Assembly (NCBI GenBank): GCA_003971905.1
Contig: RSEE01000102.1
Span: forward strand, 62,001 to 126,000
Direction: 5' to 3'
DNA length: 64,000 nt
DNA from: Moniliella sp. 'wahieum'
Lineage: Eukaryota
Shown piece after piece: positions 51,880 through 63,828 of the stretch (within the stretch, counting starts at the first letter, position 1; each line of letters begins with the position of its first letter). The notes beneath the pieces are model-generated. The model saw nothing but the letters and a program-made list of their open reading frames with translations, had not been told where the DNA came from and did no database searches. Made by a program: the position numbers and the translations under genes.

Positions 51880-53952
51880 TCTTTCCTGTTCGTACAGCGC
51901 TGTGAGCTCGGGGTTGCGATCTAGTCCAGCTGGGCGTGCGATCGCCCGTCTGCGCAGGCGGCGGGGAGGGCAGTGCCGCTTGTCCCGTTCGCTGTGGGGC
52001 GGGGCGAGAGAGGTGGCGCGGCGGGGGCAAGGAGGTGAGTGGGGATGCAGCAGGAGGAGAGAGGTGCGCTTGGGGTTGAGTTTGGGGTTGGGATTGAGTT
52101 TGGGGTTGGGATTGAGTTTGGGGTTGGGATTGAGTTTGGGGTTGGGATTGAGTTTGGGCTTGGGCTTCTGCTTGGGCTTGGGCTTGGGCTTGGGCGTGAG
52201 CTTGGGCTTGGGCGTGAGCTTGGGCTTGTGTATGGACTTCTTGGCAGAATGCGCGGAAAATACCAAAGGTGGTCCAGAAGAGATCTTTGGGTCGGGTGAG
52301 GATACCAAAGTGGGCAAACAAGTCGACTGGGGGGATTTCGAGGACCCAGTGACCGTAGGTATCGTAAGTGACTGGACGGGGGGTGCGTCGTCCGCGGCGG
52401 AAGCCGAGGCACGGCGTTGGGCGGCCTTGGCCCCGCGTCGGGCAAAGCGGCTGGCAGTCTTGGGCCAGTAACGCGCGACCCAGGTTTGGATGTACGTGGA
52501 GGCCTTCATGAATTTTTTGCTGGCGTACTTGCGGTGGAGGTAAGGGTGGCAAGGGGGACGCAACGTATAGTCCACCATCAACTCGGCTGTTGTCAATAGT
52601 TCCTCTTGTGTGTAGCCCGAGTAGTGGACCAAGGTGGGTCCCCACGGCCCGCGCTGCAGCACCTCGCGCGCAAGGAAGAGCGCAGCAGCGGCAATGACCG
52701 ACGGAGGGTGCCCGATGAACCGGTAGTCGACCGTGCTTATCTCAATCAGGTACTTGGCCAGAGTACGCGTTTGGATATCGTAGTCGTCCGCTTTGGAGAT
52801 GCGACGGAGAAAGTTCATGGGGTTCGGGTAGGACAGGTCAAAGGACAACGTGCGCAACAGGTACCGTTCTGCCTCCAACAGTTCACGTTCCGTCACGGTA
52901 TCCTTGCACACGTACACAAAGTTGGTGATCGACGGTACCAACACCTCCTCGTACTTGGCTGCGATAAAGAGGGCGGTGATGCCGACCAACTGCAGCTTGG
53001 ACAGCGAAACGAAACGAATCGACAACAATCGGTCAATCAGGTTGACCGCCAAAAGAGGGTTTCGGGAATGAGGTGAAAGCGGTTGTGGATGTTGATGAGC
53101 CAGTCGATCAGCACGCCCCGTTCTTCCCACGTAATGTCGTCTTGGAGATCAATGTACTTTGGATTGGGTATCGTCTTGGCCTGATTCGATTGCCATGATC
53201 ACACACGAGCGTCAGCACGCTCTGCCTGCTCCCAGGCCAACCCAACCCAACCACCCCGCAGAAAAGCACACAACGGAGAGCAACGTACCTCGAGCGATTT
53301 CATGTGCTCGAAAACGTCATTGACATATTCGGCGACCATCAACGGGTCATACCCATCCTGCGCGTCCAAGTCCACCCATCCTTCATCGTCGAGACGACGC
53401 GGCTTAAGGACGCGCTTGATCTGCCGGGTTGCATTGCGCGACAGCGGAAAGGCAACGGTAGTATCATAATCGTTAGGGCAATCCGCAGCACGTTCACTAT
53501 CGTTAGGGCAATCCGCAGCACGGACGCGCTTCCGCTTACGTTTCTTGCCGTCTTGTGCCGCGGCAGGGGCGGTGGAGGCGGGTGGGTCGGCGGCGCGTGG
53601 GCGCTTGGTGCCGTGTGCACGAGCGGGACGCACATCGGGGGGGCAGTGGAGGCGAGAGTGGGATGGGACGGGAAGGAGGAGGAGGAAGTGGCATGGCAAG
53701 AAGACGCGGTGGCTGGCTGGGCCCGCGCGGATCGTACCGGCCGGCCCGTGACGGGCCGGGGAGGTTTGGCTTCGGCGGGGGCCGGGGCCGGCGGGGGGTG
53801 GTTGGGATGCTTGGGCGCGAGGCTGCGGGCCACGCGCTGGGGGTTGGGGTTGGGGTTGGAGGCGCGGGCGCGGCGGCGGAACGCGTCGTGGGCTGCGGCG
53901 AGCACGGCGGGGGTGAGCGTGGGGGTGGCGGCGAGGGGGCTGGACGTACCAT
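51880..53952 (-). CDS. B-type (G2/M) cyclin
   Basis: ATG-only exon, intron 53949-53893; WVDLDAQDGYDPLMVAEYVNDVFEHMKSLE, intron, PNPKYI..WEERGVLIDWL..RFHLIPETLF-LAVNLIDR, KLQLVG..AAKYEE, YPNPMNFLRRISKAD, RKYASKKFMKAS. 3' end uncertain. Confidence 0.94.
52070..52230. repeat. 18-bp and 6-bp repeats in the cyclin C-terminal tail
   Basis: (GGGTTGGGATTGAGTTTG)x4 and (GGGCTT)n. Confidence 0.92.
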
Positions 53953-54413
53953 GGGCAGCAGACAGCACACCGGGATGGAGGGGGAGGCAGAAGGAGGAGG
54001 CAGAAGGAGGCGTGTGGTGCGGGGGCGCGCGTGCCAACCCTAGTGCTACCCTAGTGCTGGCCGCGTCGCGCTGGGCGACTGAAATTGCAATACGCACCCT
54101 GCGGTGATCACCCACCGTGTGCCTCGGGCGGCATCACACGCGTCGGGCATGGCGCCGGTCACGTGGCCACCACGCCCCCCCACAAAGCACGTGACCGCTT
54201 GTGCGAGGAGGGCCATAGATGGTCACCGGTCGTCTCGCGTGAATATTGAATCGCTTTCAGGGGCGAGGATGCTGGTCATTGACGTCATCGACGTCATTGC
54301 AGTCATTGCAGTCATTAACATTCCATTCCCAAGCACTCACCAACCATTTAAGGAGGTGGTAAGCGCACCAGCCACCCTCCATCTACTTCATCTACCTGTC
54401 TCCCTTGCCCCAG

Positions 54414-56036
54414 ATGGTGTAAAGGTACGTTCCCTCCCGCCTGTAAGACCGAGTGGATCGTTGCCCAGCTCACCTGTCCAGTCGGGCTCAGCTAACGCGC
54501 TATCCACCAACCCAGCCCGTCTCGGGCGAGGCAGCTCGCTGCGAGCGTTGTCGTTCTCGGTCCGGCGGCGGCGGGCAAGTCGAGCGTGATTTGGCAGCTT
54601 GGGTACCAGTCTGGCGCAGTGGAGCAGCCGACGGGGGACCGAGTGCGCCACGAGGCGGACCCTGTGGATCCAAGCTCCTTCCCCTATGCCCGGTTGCTTG
54701 ACCGGCTTAGGGCGGAGCGAGAGCAGGGACCTGAGCACGTACCTGCGCAGAACAAGCGACGCGAGAGGGAGGATGAGCAAGGGCAGACAGAATACCACGA
54801 ACCGGAGGCGAACCAAGCGATGTTGTACCCGCTCGAGACAGCCAAGTACTATGTGACGCTGCTGGACACGCGAGAAGATGAGCAGGGCGGGATTGGGAGC
54901 ACGTGTGCTGCGCTCTCCCAAGCAGACTGTGCCGTGCTTGTCGTTTCCGCTGCCAACCCCGAGCAAGTCGAGCACGACAGTGCGGAGGACGGGTCGATTG
55001 GCAAGCGCGTAATTCGTATCTTTGTCTTGGGCCTGCGGCAAGTGATCGTGGTGGTGAACAAGATGGATGCCATCTCGCCCGGGACCGATCCCAAGGCTCG
55101 GTTTGCGCAGATCACCCACCGGCTCGCACGCTTATTCGCCCGCGTTGGCTTCCGCCGCGAATCCATCGCCTTTGTCCCGCTCTCTGCGTCGACGGGGAGA
55201 ATGTGGGGGACAAGGGGGTTGGTGGTGGGAGCGGGATGGCGTGGTACGAAGGATGGCAGACCGAAACGCCGGTCGAGTACCGTTCGGGGAGGACACTGGT
55301 GGATGCGTTGGATGCTATGGACCCGCCTCGACGTCGGACCGAACGGCCACTCCGTCTTCCGGTACGGGAGGCGCAAGTGGAGAAGCGCGGAGACGGAGTC
55401 CGCATCCGCGGGCGCGTGGAAACAGGCATGCTCCGCCAGGGCATGGTGGTCACCTTGGCCCCGGGCAATGGGCCGATGCACGTCGAGGCGATCACGGCGG
55501 CGCTGCCACCTTTCCTTCTTCCCGAAGGGTTGCCCGGGGACCATGTGGAGGTGATGCTGCGTCAGCTGGCAGGCCAGAAAAATACGCGGCAGAAGCCACT
55601 ACCTATCCCGATTCCAATCCCAACCCTCACCGCCATCCGTGCGGGCTCGGTCGTTGGCGACCCGGCCACCGACCCGCCAAGGGAAGCACGTAGCTTCCAC
55701 GCCCACCTCCTCCTTCTGCAGCCGCACACGACGTTCAGACGGGGCTCGAGTGCGCTGCTCAGCTGCCACACCGCGCAGGTCTGCTGCACGCTCACGCACA
55801 TCCTGGCCAAGCTCGACCGCAAGACGGGACAGACGATCGCGCTGGCCCCGCCGTGTCTCGAGTCGGGCGAAGCGGCGCTGGTCCAACTTGTGCCGACGCA
55901 CCCCGTGTGCGTCGAGAGGGCGGCAGAGTTCGGGTCGCTGGGGCGGTTCATGATGCATGACGGGCACCAGACAGTGGCGGCGGGATTGATCCAGTCGGTG
56001 GAGACGGTGCACCCGGGCGAGGGCGGGACAGGATGA
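54414..56036 (+). CDS. Highly divergent eEF1A (EF-1alpha) paralogue, probable pseudo-GTPase
   Basis: Colinear with eEF1A end to end: VVVLGPAAAGKSS, SFPYARLLDRLRAEREQG, ETAKYYVTLLD, SQADCAVLVV, VNKMD, FVPLS, WYEGWQTET, PLRLP, GRVETG, PGDHV, DPP..SF.A, CHTA, KLDRKTG, LESGEAALV, VCVE..LGRF..D..QTVAAG. One indel near 55197. Upstream introns (54359-54413, 54425-54515) leave the start uncertain. Confidence 0.88.
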
Positions 56037-56421
56037 GACGTGCATGCAGAAAATCAATTGACCCATCGTGCTGCACACTGCGTCTCCTGCCGGCGTGGAT
56101 GGTAAGAGCGCTCCTCGGCGCAGCGACGACGGACATCAGGATGGCGGTGACGTAGAGCGAGTACGCGTGGGATGGCGTAGACGGATCGGGAGCGAGGGCG
56201 CCTGCGACGGAGCACGCCCGGCGCGTGTGGGGGCCCGGGCGCAGCGTCCCACCCGACGGCCATTATCGATTATCGCCCCCACGGCGGCGGTGTGGGGAAC
56301 CGAGCGTGTTGATAGCCAACCCTACCGCCACGCGCCTCTCACACCGTCTGTGCGTCGCCAGTATATAACGCACCAATCGTGCGCTTGCGCCCGCCACCAC
56401 CACCACCACCACACCACCACC

Positions 56422-58030
56422 ATGCCTGCCTCCGACGCTGGCTCCGACTCGTCCTACCGCTCCAGCGTGGGCCACGCGCCCGAGAACGAGGTGGAACTGC
56501 CGCTGAGCCGACTGCTGCGCGCGACCCGCATCCGCGCCGCCGCTCCCCCATCCGCGCTACGGCGACGACACGCTGGCCAGCTTGCAGCTCACGTCCACCA
56601 TCGCCTACTTCTGGACCAACATGCCTTCCAAGATGGCCCTGATGGCGCGCACCGAAACCGTGAGCAAGGAGGTGCTAGACCAGTTCGGCTCCACTCCCAT
56701 GGACGGTTCATCCCGTTTGCCTACCTGCACAACGACGAGGTCACCTTTGCTTCTTGGGCCAAGGTCCGCGCCGCGCTCGTGCGCGAGTGGGAAATCGATA
56801 CATCCCGCTGGGACGTATGGTTGAAAGGTACCGCCATACCCACTGCAATCACGGTCATTTCCAGCCAAGAGTCCTGGGAACTGTTCATGAAGGACGCGCT
56901 TGTCGGCTCAGCCGATAGCGCATGCACGCTCGAGCCTGGCTTTACTGTTGTTCTTGTGCCCGCAAAGCCGCCCACAAAGGAGCCCACAAAAGAACCCACA
57001 CCGCCCCCCGCGCCCGCTCCCGTGCCTGCAGTTCAAGTGCCACCGTACGTGCCCTTTCCATCCATTTTGCTCCTCGTCCTGCAGCTTCACTGACCCTGTC
57101 CCAGCACCGAACCTGTGTCCCCTCCCGCGCCTTCTGTGCGTGCCCTTGCGCCCCCGGCTCCGCACGCACCTGGCGCATGCACCGATGCGTTGATTGCCGC
57201 CGTGGCGCGTGTGGTGGACTTGCTTCCTACGTTGTACCTGTCCGGGCTGGGGAGCGTAGCTGCACCCGCCGCTGCTCCGATGGCCGGTGCGCCCACCGCT
57301 GCTCACGCTCACCCTACGCCCCGCCCTCCCGTTGCGCCGTCAGAACCCGGCCACCCAGACGACTACATCCCAGCGCGACAGCGCCGCCTCGGCTGGCACC
57401 CACACGGTCGAGGCAGCGGTACCGTCGGATGCGGCTGAGACGTCTTCGGACGCTGAGGTTCCCGTTGCGGAGGTACCTTGCGCGCCGACGGGCCCGACGC
57501 CCCTGCTGGGCGCGGCGGCCAACCTGGTCTCCTTGGTGGAAGGTATGGCCCGGTCGGGCGGGGCGGAACAGGCGACCCGTGCGCTCGGGCTGGTCGAGTC
57601 TTTGGTTTCGGGGTTGGCGGGGACGGGTACAAGTACGAGTACGAGTACGAGTACGGGGACAGGGACGGGGACAGGGCAACGGAACGGAGCCCAAGGTGGA
57701 GTCACACCTGGCCTGGCCCGGGCTGACTCGGACGATACGGACGCAACGAACGGGTTGGGAGGTGGAACGCGACCAGTCGCTCCTTCTGCGCCTGCTTCGG
57801 TCTCTGCGACCGGGGCAGCGTCCGGTCCAGCGTCTACGCCAGTCCCGCCATCTGCCCCGCGTCGGCCGCGTTGGACGGTGAGGCGGCCCCGAGCCCGTCG
57901 CCGCGCTCCGATTGGAGCGAGGACTATGTGGGTGTCGAGCCGGTTGACTGAATCTCCAACCCGGGGGGGTGACCGAAACGGTAAGTGCGGCGTCGGGCAG
58001 GGAGCGCCGCGGGAGGTCCGAGATTGGTGA
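56422..58030 (+). CDS. Hypothetical protein: compact globular-looking N-terminal part, Pro/Ala/Thr-rich tail
   Basis: CACC-ATG after a (CAC)n leader, as seen at other starts in this window; TATA-like GTATATAA at ~56361; protein-like segment AYFWTN..WAKVRAALVREWEIDTSRWDVWL..ISSQESWELFMKD; probable intron at ~57045. Confidence 0.55.
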
Positions 58031-58043
58031 TGCTACTTGGCTG

Positions 58044-58176
58044 TTGGGTTTTGGGTTTTGGATTTTGGGGTTCGTTTGGGTTGGTTTGGTTTTTTGGCCC
58101 AGAAGAGCGCGGTGAGCTGTTCCGCTTCTTGATTGTTGGTTCTTGATTGTTGGTTCTTGGTTCTTGGTCCTTGGTT
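58044..58176. repeat. Heptamer microsatellites (TTTTGGG)n and (TTCTTGG)n
   Basis: Degenerate period-7 tracts directly visible. Confidence 0.8.
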
Positions 58177-59674
58177 CGTGGGACCCATTTCAGTTGTTGG
58201 CTCGGCTCGGCTCGAGCGAGGCTATGGTCTCGCTCCTCTTTCTCCTCCTTTTCCTCCTCCGTTTCCTCCTCCTCTTCCTCCCTCTTTCAGTCCTGTCCAT
58301 TTCGCCTGGAATTCGACTATGCAATGGCACAGTATTGCTGTGGCTAGCGTGCCGCGGGCCTCGTGCAGCCGAGCTTGGTGCGGAGCGAAGGGCGGTGTTC
58401 TGATCAGGGTTTAGGAGAGCGTTGTTCTTTGGTTGAGTTGGTTGGCGCGATCGAGCCTCGGTCCTCGACGTCGGGATATGGAGACAATGCCTTGATCATA
58501 GAGATCGTCCGACCCTCCACCCGGGCCTCATTCGTCCTACACGGAACGTGCACTAGCTGCTCGGCGGCTGAAGCTCGTTGTTTCGTCGAGCCAAACGGGC
58601 GTGAACCGGAGCGGGACTGGCCGCACTAGGTGCGGCCCATGCCAGCCAATGCTCGCTCAATACTCAACGTTCACTGATAGCTCAATGTTCACCCACAGCC
58701 GAAAATAAGTTCACCACCCAACTAACCCTCCAGCCGCCCAACTGTGTGCGACCTGCTGCGTGGGCGCCATCTGGCATGGAATGCTCAGGTGGGCGACCAC
58801 CCCCCGCCCCGGCCCGGCGATCCGCACGAAACAAGTCCTGATCCCTCATGTACACTGTCTCCGCGCTTGCAAACGGGCTCTTGCGGAGAGAGGCAACGAC
58901 GATGACGATGGCGGCGGCGGACGGGAGAGTTCCTTTTTCTTGCTACTGTACACTCGTCTGCAGCACACTGCACCATCCCTCGAGGCAGACACGAACTAGC
59001 CGTTGCGCATGACGACCGTCATACAGGGCCCAGGGGGTTGGGCGTAGTCCCGCTAACATACATACATGATCAGCCAGTTCTACACCTCGGCCGCTCTTCG
59101 CCTAGTACTATTCAATTATTGAATGCCGTACAACGGTGTAACTGACCTGTATCTCATCTGCATCCGTTCCTTGTTGCCCAGGTACGCTCTGTGGGGCAAG
59201 GTATACTACGACAGACATTGTGCTTCGACCGAAATATCCTGCAACGGATACTTTTTTGTGCCAGCAAGCGAGCATGGCGTATGATACAGGTAAGCCCAGG
59301 GGAGGGGGGGGGGGGCGATTGCAGCACCGTTGTGGCCCTATGAACCGTGAGGAAAAGGTCGACTTTCCGGCACGGGGGGAAGGTGCATTTTGGTGCTAAT
59401 CCATGGACGGTGACGCGGGTGGGGGTAAGGGGGGGGCAGCCAAGGTGTCGAGCGTGGCTAGCACGACGGGGAGCACGGTGGGAGCCCAGAAGGAAGAGTA
59501 GTCCCCTACCCAAACAAAGAAAGAGAGAGGGAAGAAGAGCCCATCAAAAACCAGAACCGGGGAACCCAGGAAGATCGAGACAACGAACACGAAAGTGGCA
59601 GAGAAGAGGCCGAAGAAGCAAAGGGAGATGCAGAGGGGTGAGCCGCACGCCAAATGCGAATCGCAATCCGGTGC

Positions 59675-60163
59675 TTAGAGGAAGTGCCAGCCGATGGGGA
59701 AGACGCCCTGGTCCATGTCGCCCTCGTCGAGAGAGAAGAGGGCGGGGACATGTCCAACTGCCCTCGGCGCAGCCAGGGCAGAGGTCGACAATCGTGGCGA
59801 ATTGCCAGATGCCCTTTTGCTGGTTGAGAATGGCAATTTCCTTGCCGCAGGCTTCTTGGGTGTACTGCGGCGCGTTGAGAGCCACAACAAAGTCGGTGTT
59901 GGTGTTGGTCCACCCGCACGCCCCGCGACCAACCTCGAAAAAGGTGGCTTGGCCACTGTCCCACGGAAGGGTAAGTACATATGCGCACGAATGCCAAGAC
60001 CAGCAAGCACGATTGGCAGGGTGACACAGAGCCAAGGGAGGAAACTCAAAACGTACGCAAAGTGGCGCTTTCTCCAGCCGGCAGCGGGCTTGGCAATGGC
60101 GCGGCCGAGGCCGAAGGGCAAGAACGGCGGTGGCAGCAGCAGCAATCTTGGTGAAGCGCACAT
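59675..60163 (-). CDS. Secreted RlpA-like double-psi beta-barrel protein (loosenin/expansin-like)
   Basis: Signal-like RFTKIAAAATAVLAL; SGQATFFEVGRGACGWTN..DFVVALN..CGKEI..ATIVDLCPGC..GVFPIGWHFL*; one intron. Confidence 0.9.
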   Translation of the reverse strand: MCASPRLLLLPPPFLPFGLGRAIAKPAAGWRKRHFAYVLSFLPWLCVTLPIVLAGLGIRAHMYLPFRGTVAKPPFSRLVAGRAGGPTPTPTLLWLSTRRSTPKKPAARKLPFSTSKRASGNSPRLSTSALAAPRAVGHVPALFSLDEGDMDQGVFPIGWHFL

Positions 60164-60280
60164 GATGAAGAGTGGGGAAAAAAAGACAGAAAAGAAGAGG
60201 ACGCGAAGAGAAGGAAGCGAAGAGGACTGCTGGTGGGTTGGTGAGGGGAGAGGATTGCCCAAGCCCCGACCGTCGGGGGG

Positions 60281-60287
60281 TTTTATA
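60281..60287 (-). promoter_or_regulatory. TATA box (TATAAAA) of the loosenin-like gene
   Basis: Canonical TATAAAA on the minus strand ~120 nt upstream of the ATG, followed by a CT-rich leader. Confidence 0.6.
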
Positions 60288-61413
60288 GCAACGAGGGGCT
60301 ATACTGTACAGGCACTACGAGTTGCTTGTGGCACAAGCCTTGCTGCATGGGGAAGGGGGGGAGGGGGAAGAATCGAGGCACAGGGCTACGCCTGTGCACG
60401 GCGTGTCTTGCGCGAGGGGGGGAAGATGGATGAGACAAAAGGCGTTTTACGGCGGTACCCGGTACCTGAGGCTTTCTGAAGGAGGGGGCATCAGCCATCG
60501 ACCATCAGCCATGCGGTCTGAGATCTGAGATCTGAGAGGATGGGAAGAAATACGATTCTGTCGAATGGATGGCACGGCGTGTGGTGTGGTGGAGGTGTGG
60601 GACGGGGCGAGGGAGGCGAGTGCAGATCCAGCGCCTCGCGAGGGGCGGTGCGGCAGAGACACTTGGGAATGCCCGAATCAGGGCATCTCTAACTCCGTCG
60701 ATGGCGCCAGGTCGCAGGCAGGTGGCGGTGGCCGGCCAGGGGACGGCGAATCGGGTGAATCGTGAGTAGAGTCCCATCGGCCACACCCGAGACCAAAACC
60801 GGGGGGCCAGAGTGGGATAGATATACCCCGCCCCACCAAACGAGGGGGCTGCGCGCTGAGTCAGCTGAAATTTCAGGCTGAAATGTACAATGCCTACCCA
60901 CCCCCGATCCATCTGCAACATTTCAGCGCCTCTGCGCCACCGCGCCACTTACAGGCTGGCACTGCCCTTCCCACCCAGCGCGCTAGCCAACTCATCATCG
61001 ATCATCTCATCTCGGTTTGGTGCGTCGCCCGGTTTGGGGCGATAGCAAGCGTCTGGGCCGGGCAGCAGCCCAGTCACAGCCTTTCCGGCACAGTGCGATC
61101 CATCCAACCGCCGCAGCCGCCGCGGGGGCAGCCTCACCGGTCACCAGCCTGCCAGGCAATGAGCAACAGCATGGTGCTGTCCCGAGCGACCTCAGCGCAC
61201 TGGTATCAACCCCACTGCCCCTGTCGCCCTTCACTCGCCCTGAGCCCCCACCAACTCGTGGTTTTCTTTCTCTCCCCTCTCCAACAAGTGAGTCTTTCCT
61301 TCTTCTCTCGCTCGGTGCCCGCTGCCTTGCTCCCCTCGCTGAGCTCGTAGAGGACACTGGTGCTCCCCCCGCGTTCTCCTGTTGACAGCGCTGGCATTGC
61401 TTTGTGCGCAGCA

Positions 61414-61726
<313 letters not shown>

Positions 61727-63032
61727 AGGCGCCAGTGCGTTGCCTACTTGGCACTTCCCTTATTGTATTACTAGGCCCTTGGAAGTCTGCTTCCTCTATG
61801 AAGATGCTTCTGTCATGCGAGCTGTCGTGTCGGGTGCGCCTTCGACAGGCACTCAGTAGGTTGGTAGTGGTAGTGGTAGTGTTGTAGCCAGCGTCGCTTC
61901 GCAAGGCAGTGTGTCTGTTGGGGAGCACGAGCAGAGGTCAGTGTTGGGCCCGCTTGGAGCTCGAAGCTGGCCACCGCCACCTGCGTGTGCGGCGTCCAAC
62001 TGAAGATGGCCTGTTGACGAGATGGGGGTCGGACTCGCCACCCCTTCTCGGCAACAGCGTCCGGCACTGGCCCCCAGCCAGCATCCCCAGGGCAGCACAG
62101 GGGCAGCACAGCGGCCGGCCACGTCGCTGTGTGCTGTTACGTAATACCCCGAGGACAGGCCCGATGCGCTGACTGTGCGTGGTCTGGGTGACCGGTGAGC
62201 GGTGGGCTCCCTGCCGAAGACAGGCGCAGTGCCTGCACGCTCCGTTCGCGCGCCAGCAGTGGCCTAGTGGCCAGGGAGAGCGACCGGTGAGCGCCAGGGC
62301 GGGCGAGGCAAGCAACGCACGGCTGCGGGCCAGCCTGCTCTTCCACCACCACCGCTGTCTGTGCTGTGCGCGTCTCTGCCTCTCCAAGCATCGCAAATGG
62401 TCAGCATCCATCCGTCCATCCATCTGTCCATCCATCCCACCCGCTCCTCCCTTTCTCCTGAGCTCTGCTGCGCGTGGCCCGCGTCCATCGCCCGCTCGGC
62501 GCGTCGCGTGTGGCCTCCTGCGCCCCGCATGCAGCAGCCGTGGCCCCGCATCTGCCGGACGTGTGCTTGTGCTCGTCCGGCAGAGACACAACCCTCGCCC
62601 CCCCTGCTCTCACGCATGGACGTGGCCCAAGCGGTGTGTTGAGGTTGAGCGGCTGTCGGGGTCACAAGCGGTCCGTGTGCAGCCGGCCTTGCCGTCTCTC
62701 TCCTTTGAGTCCCGGCCCCGGGTGCTTGTGCTGCGTTTGGGACGTGAACTGCACGAGACTCCATGCGTGTCTGCTTGGTCGAGGGCAGCGGTCGACCAGG
62801 ACGCTGTCGGTCGACCGAAGCTGGACTGGGAAGCGCTGGTCTCACGCTAGCTAGACTAGGCGTGATAAAGCGGCGTCTCTCTTCTCAGCCTCCCCCTCAC
62901 TCCTCCCTTCCCAACCCTTTTCTCCTCCACTCCCCACCTCGACTTGAACTAACTCATCGTCTTGATGTCTGCTCGCTGTTTCCACTTGCTGTTTGATCCG
63001 CCCTGTCTACCGTTCCACCGCCTCAGTCCTCC

Positions 63033-63828
63033 ATGAACATTGACAAGCGTACGCTATTTTCTCCATTTTCTCCTCACGTGCACTTGGCAGGCAACTGACA
63101 CGGGTATCCCAGCTCTCGACGAGCTGATCAAGGCCAACCCGTCCGCACCCAGGCGTCGCTCGTCCCGTGATGGGGGACGAAAACGGTCGTCGGCCTCACG
63201 TGCGCCTGTACCGGCTAGCCGAAACGCTCTCCCGCCGCGCCGCGCGTGCCGTTCCTCCGCGTGTGCCTATTGGCACCACGAGTGCTCCGGCTCCCCCCCG
63301 CCCCCGCTCCTCGTACGGCTCCTCGATCGGAAGCAAGATCATCCTCTCCAACCTGCCCACCGATGTGACCGAGGCGCAGGTACGGGAACTGTTTACCACG
63401 TCGGTAGGACCAGTGAAGAAAGTGGTGATGAGCTATCAGCAGAACGGAGTGTCGACGGGAACGTGCACGGTGATTTTTGACCAGGCGGCCGATGGCCAAA
63501 AGGCATATGATCAATTCAACAGTCGTCTCATTGACGGTACGCGTCCGCTTCGTGTGGAGGTGGTGGTGGTGGATTTCGCACAGGTACCGGTAACTACACC
63601 GTACGCGCCTCCCATTGTGCTTGGAGGCCCTCCGCGCGGCAGCCGTGGTGGTGCCCCTCGTGGTTCCCGCGGTGGCGCGCGGGAAAGTGGTCGTGACGGA
63701 CCGCGTGGGGGACCGCGCGGCGGACCCCGTGGCGGCTCAGCTCCCCGCCCGCACAAGACGCTCGAAGACCTGGATGCCGAGATGGACGACTACCTCAAAG
63801 CCGGTGCGGATGCATCCCGGAGGCCTAA
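63033..63828 (+). CDS. YRA1: mRNA export adaptor Yra1/Mlo3/ALYREF (REF-N box, RRM, RGG, REF-C box)
   Basis: MNIDK|PLDELIK (intron 63049-63112); RRM SKIILSNLPTDVTEAQVRELFTTSVGPVKK..STG...IDGTRPLRVEVV; RGG repeats; KTLEDLDAEMDDY. Confidence 0.92.

Noticed and set aside
54414..56036. Calling the gene canonical TEF1, HBS1 or SUP35
   Set aside because: All of those retain DAPGH and the G2 Thr; this protein lacks both, shows no evident long N-terminal extension, and carries eEF1A-specific features.
61850..62850. Possible minus-strand gene between H4 and YRA1 (branch-site-like GCTGAC near 62400)
   Set aside because: GC-rich open frames but no recognisable protein or convincing start; cannot be supported without transcripts.
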